Positions 50,716 to 58,900 of a DNA stretch of 64,000 bases are shown here, one piece after another. How positions within the stretch are numbered: the stretch's first letter is position 1; each line of letters starts with the position of its first letter. The notes beneath the pieces are model-generated. The model worked only from the letters and a program-made list of their open reading frames with translations, searched no databases and had not been told where the DNA came from. The DNA is from Patescibacteria group bacterium. Its GTDB lineage: Bacteria > Patescibacteriota > Microgenomatia > JAMCYU01. The stretch spans positions 66,507-130,506 of the forward strand of contig JAMCYU010000001.1 in NCBI GenBank assembly GCA_023473585.1, read 5' to 3'. The translations under genes were made by a program, and so were the position numbers.

Positions 50716-51715
50716 ATTGCTTTTGGTAATACTTTTGATACTCTCCTGATTTAACTTTCTTCCACCAGTCTTCGTTGTTTTGATACCAAGCCACGGTTTT
50801 TTCAAGCCAACTGTCAAAAGCAAATTGCGGTTGCCAACCGAGCTCGTTTTTGATTTTTGACCAATCCAAAGCGTAGCGACGATCATGACCTGGCCTGTCC
50901 TTAACAAATTCTAAAAAGCTTTCGTCTTTGCCTAAGATCTTTAAAATTTTCTTAATGACACTTAGATTATTAATATCTTCTGTTAAACCGCCAACGCAAT
51001 AGGTCTCCCCGAGTTCTCCTTTTTCCAAAACCAAATCAATGGCCCGACAATGATCTTCAACATAAAGCCAATCGCGAACGTACAAACCGTCGCCGTAAAC
51101 CGGAACTTTTTTACCCTCTAAAAGATTCGTAATGGTTAAAGGAATAAATTTTTCCGGAAACTGGAAAGGACCGAAGTTATTAGAACAATTCGTGATTGTG
51201 ACCGGCAGATTAAAGGAATGAAAGTATGCTCTGACCAGATGGTCAGACGCGGCTTTGGTTGCGGCGTAAGGACTTCTGGGATTATAGAGAGTTTTTTCGT
51301 TAAATTTATGAGGATCGTCAAGCTTTAAAGAGCCGAAAACCTCATCGGTTGAGACATGATGAAACCTTTTAACGTTATTTTGCAGGGCATTTTCCAAAAG
51401 AATCTGCGTGCCCAAAACATTGGTTTTAACAAAAACCGCAGGCGTCAAAAGCGACCGGTCCACATGAGATTCGGCGGCAAAATGAACGACAATGTCGGTA
51501 CCCTTTATAACCCTGCTCACCATTTCTTGGTCGCTTATATCGCCTTTAATAAATTGGTAATTGGGGTTATCTTTGATAGATTCTAGATTAGCTAAATTCC
51601 CGGCGTAAGTTAATTTATCAAAATTGATGATTTGATCCTGGGGATGATTTTTGAGCCAATATAAAATAAAATTGGCACCAATAAAACCAGCTCCGCCGGT
51701 CACTAAGATTTTCAT
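50702..51715 (-). CDS. rfbB: dTDP-glucose 4,6-dehydratase
   Basis: MKILVTGGAGFIGANFILYWLKNHPQDQIINFDKLTYAGNLANLE..., YAATKAASDHL, classic RmlB blocks. Confidence 0.8.
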   Translation of the reverse strand: MKILVTGGAGFIGANFILYWLKNHPQDQIINFDKLTYAGNLANLESIKDNPNYQFIKGDISDQEMVSRVIKGTDIVVHFAAESHVDRSLLTPAVFVKTNVLGTQILLENALQNNVKRFHHVSTDEVFGSLKLDDPHKFNEKTLYNPRSPYAATKAASDHLVRAYFHSFNLPVTITNCSNNFGPFQFPEKFIPLTITNLLEGKKVPVYGDGLYVRDWLYVEDHCRAIDLVLEKGELGETYCVGGLTEDINNLSVIKKILKILGKDESFLEFVKDRPGHDRRYALDWSKIKNELGWQPQFAFDSWLEKTVAWYQNNEDWWKKVKSGEYQKYYQKQYGER

Positions 51716-51722
51716 AAATTTT

Positions 51723-52445
51723 TTATTTTTCGACTTTTTCCGCCCAATAACGGCTGGCTAAATAGAGAGTTTTAAAAGTCCCGGCATCAGACCAAAAGCC
51801 GTCAAGCTTAGCCCAACGTAATTTTCCTTCACGAAGATAACAATTATTGACATCCGTTATCTCCAGTTCCCCCCTGTCTGAAGGTTTAATACTTTTAATA
51901 TGAGAAAAAACTTTATTGTCGTAAAGATAAAGACCGGTCACCGCAAAATTACTTTGCGGTTTTTTGGGTTTTTCCTCAATCGCCATAATTTTTTTAGAAT
52001 CTTCTTTGTCAAAAACCGGCACGCCAAAACGCTCGGGATCCGGAACCTCTTTTAGGAAAACCATCGCCCCGTCTTCAAAAGACTTAACCTGCTCGGAAAT
52101 ATCAACATCGGTCGTATTGTCGCCTAAAATGGCCGCGATTGACTCCCCGTCAGCAAAATCCTCAGCCAAAGCCAAAGCCTGAGCGATCCCTCCTTCTTTT
52201 TCCTGATAGGCAAATTCTAAATGCTTAACTCCTAATTGTTTACCGTTTCTTAAAACCTGAATAAAATGACCGGCGTGAGGTCCGCCGACAACCACCAAAA
52301 TTTCCGAGATATCGGCCCGCAATAAAGTTTCCAGAGGATAAAAAACCATGGGTTTATTGTAAATAGGTAAAAGATGCTTGTTCGTGGCGTAAGTTAAAGG
52401 ATAAAGCCTGGTTCCCAAGCCTCCGGCTAAAACAACCCCTTTCAT
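51723..52445 (-). CDS. rmlA: Glucose-1-phosphate thymidylyltransferase-like sugar nucleotidyltransferase (short form)
   Basis: MKGVVLAGGLGTRLYPLTYATNKHLLPIYNKPMVFYPLETL; start at internal ATG 52445 with AGGAGG about 8 nt upstream; the track's 36-aa N-terminal extension rejected. Confidence 0.65.
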   Translation of the reverse strand: MKGVVLAGGLGTRLYPLTYATNKHLLPIYNKPMVFYPLETLLRADISEILVVVGGPHAGHFIQVLRNGKQLGVKHLEFAYQEKEGGIAQALALAEDFADGESIAAILGDNTTDVDISEQVKSFEDGAMVFLKEVPDPERFGVPVFDKEDSKKIMAIEEKPKKPQSNFAVTGLYLYDNKVFSHIKSIKPSDRGELEITDVNNCYLREGKLRWAKLDGFWSDAGTFKTLYLASRYWAEKVEK

Positions 52446-52696
52446 AGTAAAATCCCTCCTAATAAAATGATACTTAAGAGCCCAATAAGCGTATATTCTA
52501 TCACAATTTTTAAATTTAGGTTCTTTTCCCAAAGATGATGAAAAATTCCCCAAAAAATGTAAGTTAGGGCCATAAGGAGGGAAATTTGAAATTTAACGAT
52601 TTTATCGGGATGATAAATAAAACAAGTCACGCCTAAACCTATTAATAAAACTAAAATCAGATAATGCCAAAAATGAGTTTTAATTTCTTCCATCAT
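52442..52696 (-). CDS. Small membrane protein (2-3 TM), function unknown
   Basis: Hydrophobic 85-aa ORF translationally coupled (4-nt overlaps) between CAP-domain gene and rmlA; start chosen at MMEEIK. Confidence 0.3.
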   Translation of the reverse strand: MMEEIKTHFWHYLILVLLIGLGVTCFIYHPDKIVKFQISLLMALTYIFWGIFHHLWEKNLNLKIVIEYTLIGLLSIILLGGILL

Positions 52697-53664
52697 ATAA
52701 TCACTCCTTGACTCGTCACCCAAAGAACCCCCAAAAGAGCTCCCAGGAAAATCAAATGAGCCAGGTTATGACCGCTGACTCTCACAATCCGTCGACGCCA
52801 GATAAGAATACCGTCCGAAGCTAAAATGAGTAATAACCCACCGGTTAAGAGACTGGCTAAATTTTTAGAAGTGGCAAAAAAATTAACTAAGGGATGACGC
52901 GAAACGCCGGCGACCCTAAGAGCCGAAAGGGCCATCGGCGGAAGATTCTGGCTGATAATAACGGGTCTTTCTGTGGGAGAGGGTGAGGGTTCCAGGGTGG
53001 CCCCAGGTGAAGCGACGGCTTCAGACGGCGAGGTTGGTAACGGTGTTTGGGTTTGGGCGGCCCGGGGCGAAATCGTGACGGGTTTTTGGACCAAAGTGTT
53101 CCGTTGTCTGGCGCCAAACATCTGCACAACCAAAGTTGTCTCCTCTCCTCCTAACCGATTATTAACCACGGCAAAACCGATTTCCTGATATTCTCTTTTT
53201 AAGATATTTTCCTTATGTGAGGGCGAACCCATCCAAGCCGACACAACCGATTCGGAATCGTTAAAATCACGGGCCAGATTTTCACCGGCGTAAAGATATT
53301 GGTAACCGGCCTGACTTATAAAAACCCACGGCGTTGTCCCGTCCGGAGCGTTATGAGCCCAATAATTTTTACTGAACATATCATTGGCTTTAGCCAAAGC
53401 GGCGTCTGAGAGTTGACCGTTTAAAGAAACCGGCTGCAAACCTGCCTCCGCCCTTCTAAGATTGGTTAAATTTAAAAGTTTTTCGACATTAATGTCGGTC
53501 GCGTAACCTAAAATATCGGGCCGTGTCAGTTTCAAAACCCTGAAGGAAAGCTGCAGTAATAAAAAAAGCGTTATGTAAAAAATTAAAGCGGAAAAATGAA
53601 GCGTTTTTGGACGAAAATTATTACTTTCGTGGGGCAAAAAATAATGAGCAGCCAAAGTTTTCAT
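52693..53664 (-). CDS. CAP/SCP/PR-1 (YkwD-like) domain surface protein with Pro/Ser/Thr linker and C-terminal TM anchor
   Basis: N-terminal signal-anchor, CAP block (GENLARDF...SAWMGSPSHKENILKREYQEIGFAVV), TPLPTSPSEAVASPGATLEPSPSPT linker, C-terminal hydrophobic helices. Confidence 0.6.
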   Translation of the reverse strand: MKTLAAHYFLPHESNNFRPKTLHFSALIFYITLFLLLQLSFRVLKLTRPDILGYATDINVEKLLNLTNLRRAEAGLQPVSLNGQLSDAALAKANDMFSKNYWAHNAPDGTTPWVFISQAGYQYLYAGENLARDFNDSESVVSAWMGSPSHKENILKREYQEIGFAVVNNRLGGEETTLVVQMFGARQRNTLVQKPVTISPRAAQTQTPLPTSPSEAVASPGATLEPSPSPTERPVIISQNLPPMALSALRVAGVSRHPLVNFFATSKNLASLLTGGLLLILASDGILIWRRRIVRVSGHNLAHLIFLGALLGVLWVTSQGVII

Positions 53665-53688
53665 GTAGATATATTATATCGAAGATAA

Positions 53689-53739
53689 ATGAGTGAAACA
53701 AGAAAAGCATCTTCGATTAATTCGTTTCACTCATTATAT
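53689..53739 (-). promoter_or_regulatory. Promoter/leader element upstream of CAP gene: 26-nt motif (53714-53739, TATAAT on minus strand) plus 11-bp inverted repeat ATGAGTGAAAC/GTTTCACTCAT forming a leader hairpin
   Basis: 26-nt exact repeat of 4639-4664; inverted repeat arms 53689-53699 and 53723-53733. Confidence 0.4.
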
Positions 53740-53772
53740 GGCCAAAAGTTGTCTTTGGTCAAGCAAAAGAAG

Positions 53773-55107
53773 CTAGCGGCAGATTCCTGGCAGGAGCAAA
53801 CACCACCATGGTTTTTGGTTTTCTGAAAGCGAACTTACTTGTGAGGCAACGCTCGGCACAAAATCGGTTTTGACGGGGTTATTAATCACTTCCGCTCCGG
53901 CTGTTTTCGGTTCGGAAGAAGGCAAGGCGATCCCTGGAATGGCGGCTATAGCCTTATAAGCGTTAATTCTGCCTTTTAACCAATAATTACCGGTTCCGGC
54001 AATTTTATCGGTATTTTCCTCAATCAGATTACGAACTTGACTGGAGGAAAGAGTCGGATCCGCGCCGAACAAAAGACCGGCTAAACCTGAAACCAGGGGC
54101 GTGGCCATCGAAGTTCCCGAACCCAAGTCATAGTTTAACTGTTTGTTAATTTTATAAGTGTGGTTGGGAAAGGTGGAAAAGATGTTCACGCCCGGCGCCG
54201 CCAGATCGACCCAACTGCCGAAACTGGAAAAATCGGCTTTCTGATCGTTCTCGTCAGTCGCGGCCACGGCCAAACAATTTTTATAATAAGCCGGGTAGGT
54301 CGGCGATTTGTTCGCCGAGTTGCCGGCCGCACACGCCAAAACCACCCCTTTCCCCCAGGCATAATCAACCGCTCTTTCTAAAGTTTTGGAACGATTCTGA
54401 CCCCCAAGACTTAAATTAATAACCTTAGCGCCGCTGTCAGCTGCCTTATAAAGGCCTTCGGCAATCCAGGAATAATAACCAAAACCCTTATCGTCCAAGA
54501 CTTTAAACGATAAAAGACGCGCGTTAAAACCTAAACCGGCAATCCCTAAAAGATTATTGGTCTCGGCGGCGGCAATACCGGCCACGTGGGTCCCGTGACC
54601 GTAAAGATCATCGTTAGTTTGACTTGAAGTTAAATTAACCCTTAAGTCAACTTTATTTTTCAAGTCTTCGTGATCCTCGTCAATGCCGCTGTCTAAAATA
54701 GCGATTTTGGCACTTTGCGAACCCTTATTGATATCCCAAGCCTCGGGCGCCAGAATTTTGCCCAAAGACCATTGTTTACTAAAATAAGAGTCATTGGGCA
54801 CAAAACTGCCATAAGCTTGCGCTAAATAATCCGGTTCGGCGTATTCAACGAAAGGATTTTTTTCAAAATTCTTCAGATGTTTGTCAATGTCCTGATCGGG
54901 AATTTTAATGGTAAAGGTCTGGGGTAAAGATAACTTCCGTTCAATGCCTAAGCCTAATTTCTTACTGACTTCATCTATCTGTTTCTCATTAACCTCATCC
55001 TGAAATTTAACGATAATTTCGTCCGTGGCTGATTCTGTCTTTTGGGCCAAAACAGGCGAAGGGAAAAGGAGAAAAAAGCTTAAAACTAAAAAGATTTTCT
55101 TAAACAT
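53773..55107 (-). CDS. Secreted subtilisin-like serine protease (peptidase S8) with N-terminal propeptide
   Basis: Signal peptide MFKKIFLVLSFFLLFPSPVLA; catalytic triad blocks DSGIDEDHEDL (Asp), HGTHVAGIAAA (His), GTSMATPLVSGLAGLL (Ser). Confidence 0.8.
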   Translation of the reverse strand: MFKKIFLVLSFFLLFPSPVLAQKTESATDEIIVKFQDEVNEKQIDEVSKKLGLGIERKLSLPQTFTIKIPDQDIDKHLKNFEKNPFVEYAEPDYLAQAYGSFVPNDSYFSKQWSLGKILAPEAWDINKGSQSAKIAILDSGIDEDHEDLKNKVDLRVNLTSSQTNDDLYGHGTHVAGIAAAETNNLLGIAGLGFNARLLSFKVLDDKGFGYYSWIAEGLYKAADSGAKVINLSLGGQNRSKTLERAVDYAWGKGVVLACAAGNSANKSPTYPAYYKNCLAVAATDENDQKADFSSFGSWVDLAAPGVNIFSTFPNHTYKINKQLNYDLGSGTSMATPLVSGLAGLLFGADPTLSSSQVRNLIEENTDKIAGTGNYWLKGRINAYKAIAAIPGIALPSSEPKTAGAEVINNPVKTDFVPSVASQVSSLSENQKPWWCLLLPGICR

Positions 55108-55174
55108 AAAAATAACAATGTTAAATTAATATAATAAAAAAGATTCTTTGTCAATGGAGCAAAATTATATAGGA

Positions 55175-55966
55175 TTAGTGTCTGGAAATGACTTCAACCA
55201 AATCAATTCTTTCTTGCTGAAGATAATCATTTTTAACCCATGAAAGGTCTAATTCAACTTTCTTAACGACCTCTTTTCCGGGTTCTGACTGGTAGATGAC
55301 TTCACCAAGCGGCGAAACTACCAGGGAGGGTTGTGTTTGAGGCACCTCGGCATTATTAACACTACAAACAAAATATTGATTTTCAAAAGCTCTGGATATT
55401 ACCAAATGACTTTTGAGAGAATCTCCGGGTTTAATGGCATTATTAAGATGAAAAACTACTTGTGCGTCTTGTTTTTTTAAATATTTCCACTGCTCGGGAA
55501 AAACAAGTTCTCTGCACATTTGTATACCGAATCTGACGCCATTTTCTTCATAAACTTCTAATTTATTCCCTTGCTTAAAATGTTTTCTGTCTAAAGTAGC
55601 CAGATTATTCTTAAAATAATATTTTGTTCCTGATTTGCTAACAATAACCGTGGCATTATACCAATCATTAGTGAATTTATAAGCAGTCCCAAAAAGACAG
55701 AGACAATTTTTTTCTTTAACAACAGCTTCTATTTTTAAAATCCCCTCTTTTATCTCTTTAAAATTAAGCTGTCCCGGGTAATTATCGTCTTCTGGATAGT
55801 AACCAGACAACATGCCTTCAGGAAAAACTATCCATTCATTTTTTTCTGAACCATAAATGATTTTTAAAATTTTATTAAGATTATGGGCTATTTTTCTTGT
55901 TACTATAAGCTGAGCAATTTTAACTATCATTAACTGAATTATAGCAAAAGGCTTTATCTTTCCCAA
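55175..55966 (-). CDS. Carbon-nitrogen hydrolase (nitrilase superfamily) protein
   Basis: E-K-C triad context: WIVFPEGMLSGY (Glu), LDRKHF (Lys), GIQMCRELVFPE (Cys); 9-nt gap after adhesin gene. Confidence 0.5.
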   Translation of the reverse strand: MGKIKPFAIIQLMIVKIAQLIVTRKIAHNLNKILKIIYGSEKNEWIVFPEGMLSGYYPEDDNYPGQLNFKEIKEGILKIEAVVKEKNCLCLFGTAYKFTNDWYNATVIVSKSGTKYYFKNNLATLDRKHFKQGNKLEVYEENGVRFGIQMCRELVFPEQWKYLKKQDAQVVFHLNNAIKPGDSLKSHLVISRAFENQYFVCSVNNAEVPQTQPSLVVSPLGEVIYQSEPGKEVVKKVELDLSWVKNDYLQQERIDLVEVISRH

Positions 55967-55975
55967 AGAAGAGCA

Positions 55976-58900
55976 TTACGAAGAGCGGCGGGAGAAAAAG
56001 TAGAAAGCTAAAGCTAAAAGTCCTAATCCGCCCAGAACCCAAATTAACTTACTGCCTCCGCCTAAAATACCGTTCGTGGCGCCGGTATTCGTCCCCGACG
56101 ATGGCTGTGTCCCCGCTTGAGGCTCTGCTCCGGCCGCTGGACTGCCTTCGGTTCCTTGTCCGAGCACTTCTCCGCCGGCCACACCACCGGCCACCGGTAA
56201 GGGCTGGGTCTCTCCGGCTGATTGGGTTCCCGGCGAGGGTGAAACTTCAACATAAGTTATTGAGCCGCCGTCGCCGACTAAATCTGAAGCATTCCCGGCT
56301 TTATCAATGGCGCGAAGAGCATAATAGGTTTCTCCACTCCAGGGAATACTATTATCAAGGTAATTTATGTCTTCGTTCGGCACTCCGCCTCGTTCTCCAA
56401 TTTTCGTTCCGTTGTCCGCTGTAAAGTCACGCTTGTCAGAACGGTAGATAAAAACTTTATAAAAATCGCTACTGTCCGGATTTTTCCAGAATATTTTAAA
56501 GGCGTTGGCCCCGGCTCTGTCTTTACGGTAATTAGTGGGTGTTTTGGGATTGTTCCAATCAACCGTTGTTGAAGTTTCGCTTGATGCTGATTCTCCTCCG
56601 CCGGTCGCCGCCACTTTAAAATAATATTTTCCCTGCTCATTGACGATCGCGGTGGTTGTTTCGATTGAACCGGTTTCGCCGTTTAATAAACTCCCGAAAG
56701 CCAGTTCCGGACCACCCTCTTTATGATAATAAAATTGGGCCTGAATCGGCTCGCCCTTAGTTTGCAGCGCCGTATAGGAAAGTTTAAAAACCGGGGTGTT
56801 TTTATATTCGGGTAAAGTGGTGATTTGCACGGTCAAATTAGCGGCTTGAGCCGGTTTCGCGTAAGTTAAACCGAAAAGCAACGGTGCGACCAAAATCATC
56901 ATCTTGATTAATTTTCTTAATTTACCCAGGTTTTTCAAAGCCAAGCCCAGGAAAATCATTAAAATAGCTAAGATCAACCAGCCTGTTTCCGCTCCGGTCG
57001 CGGCGCCTAAAACTTTTCCTGTTTCAGTTGAGGCTCCCAAAACTTGCTGGATTGTTCCGCCAATACCGGCGGAAAGACTGACTCCGGGTATTAAGTTAAC
57101 CCAAGACCAAGCCGGATCAGTATAAGTTTTGTAATTATCCGCAGCATTTAAAACCCGATTATTACCCCAGGCCAGAGCGACATTAGGATATTTGCCTTCC
57201 TGTAAACTGCTGTCTGTTTTGGCTTGATAAGTGATCGTCACAATCGCATCCGGATTAAGATTTCCCAAACTCCAAACAATATTTTGACCGGTAACTGTCG
57301 GTTCAGAAGCGCCAGTCGTACTGCTTGCCACATAACCAAACCCAATCGGTAAAGTATCCCGAACCGAAACATCTCTAGCGATAATTTTTGAAGTATTGGT
57401 TACGGTTAAAGTATAAGTTACGGTTCCTCCCGGACCCATTGAACCAAGAATATTATTAATTTTACTTAAGGTCAAAGTTATTGGCTGAAGTTCGTTACCA
57501 AAATTCGTGCAAAAAGGCTGTCGAACGAGATTAGTTACGAATTCGCCACCACGTGGCTGACCGTTACATTCCTCACCACCGTAAGAAGACCCGGAATTAA
57601 TCGTCAAATCGTAGTAATTCGGATCAACCGGCCAAGTTTGATCCCAACCCGGTTGAGCGGTTTCGGTCAGACGATAATTACCAGCTCTTAATCCGGTAAA
57701 TTCAAAGTAACCATTATCATTTGTCTGCACACAATTACCATTATCCTGCTCGGTAAACCTAAAGGTCGGTTCTTCACTCGGGCTTAAACAAATTTCCCAA
57801 CCACTTAAGGCCGGTTCTCCTTCATCCCAAAAACCATTACCATTATAATCATCCCACTTCCAGCCACTAACTTCTCCTAACTTGAAGTTGCCAAAATTCA
57901 TATCAGTTGTTTCTTGACCGGGATTAACGACAACCGTCTGACAATCGGAATCTGTCGGTTGAGTTCTTTGCCAACCTTTTTGAGATTCTTCACAAACCTG
58001 ATAAGTTCCGGAAATAACGTTTTCAAAGGTGTAAGTTCCGCTTTCCGTCGCTGTTGTCGTCGTTCTCAAAATCGTGCCTTCGATATCCTTTAATTGAATT
58101 GTCCATTCCGATAACCCTCCTTCATTTTCTTCTCTAGAACCATTAACATTAATATCCTCGTATTTCAAACCGGAAATCGAACCGTAATGAAGATTGCCGA
58201 AATTTTTACCGGTGTTATCTCTGTCTCCGGAATGATTAATAATCGCTTTCCGGCATCTTGGAGCTTCATCGGTTGCTCGCGACTGATTGGCAAAACCCTC
58301 TTTTCCTCGAGGATCAGTCTGAATCCACCCTGATGGTAAAACTTCACAAAGGTAATATGTTCCCAAAGACAAACCATCAGCGCGATACTGACCGGTGATT
58401 CCGGTGTGTCCAGTTATTAATTCATCAACTTTATTCCAACCCTCTTCTGCCGCTTTGTAAACTCTGATTGTCCATTGATCTAAATAAGGCTCTCCCGCGT
58501 TATATTTACTATTATCATTTAAATCTTCATATTTTTTGCCTTGGATCATTCCTAATCTGAAATTACCAAACTTAATGATTTTTTCCTCTCCCAAGGTCAA
58601 ATCAACGTTCTGGCAAAGATCGGTCGTGTTCGTCCAACCCTCCGTTAAGTTTTCTTCTCTAACTGAATATTCTCCCGGAACCAAATTGGGAAAAACCGCA
58701 TTCCCGTTTTGGTCGGTGTCCTCCGTTCCTTCCCCAATCATTTGACCTCCACAGTCGAAACCCTCGTAAACTCCCATTTCCCAACCAGCTAAACCACGAT
58801 CATTACCGTTTTCCAAACCATCCTGATTATTATCTTCAAATTTATGAGCCGTAATTTGACCTAACTTGGTATTGATAAAAGTACAGGTGCCTCCGTCTTC

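Noticed and set aside
50716-50907. 64-aa N-terminal extension of the rmlD ORF
   Set aside because: It would overlap rfbB by about 200 nt. Conserved RmlD N-terminus (ILGTGLTGLVGS) begins right after internal ATG at 50715.
52446-52553. 36-aa N-terminal extension of the rmlA ORF
   Set aside because: Conserved nucleotidyltransferase start MKGVVLAGG coincides with internal ATG 52445 preceded by AGGAGG. The extension overlaps the small membrane protein gene.
55108-55174. Subtilase promoter (minus-strand TTGACA at 55154-55149)
   Set aside because: A perfect -35 is present, but no convincing -10 hexamer at 16-18 nt spacing (only AT-rich approximations). Kept as a weak possibility, not called as a feature.
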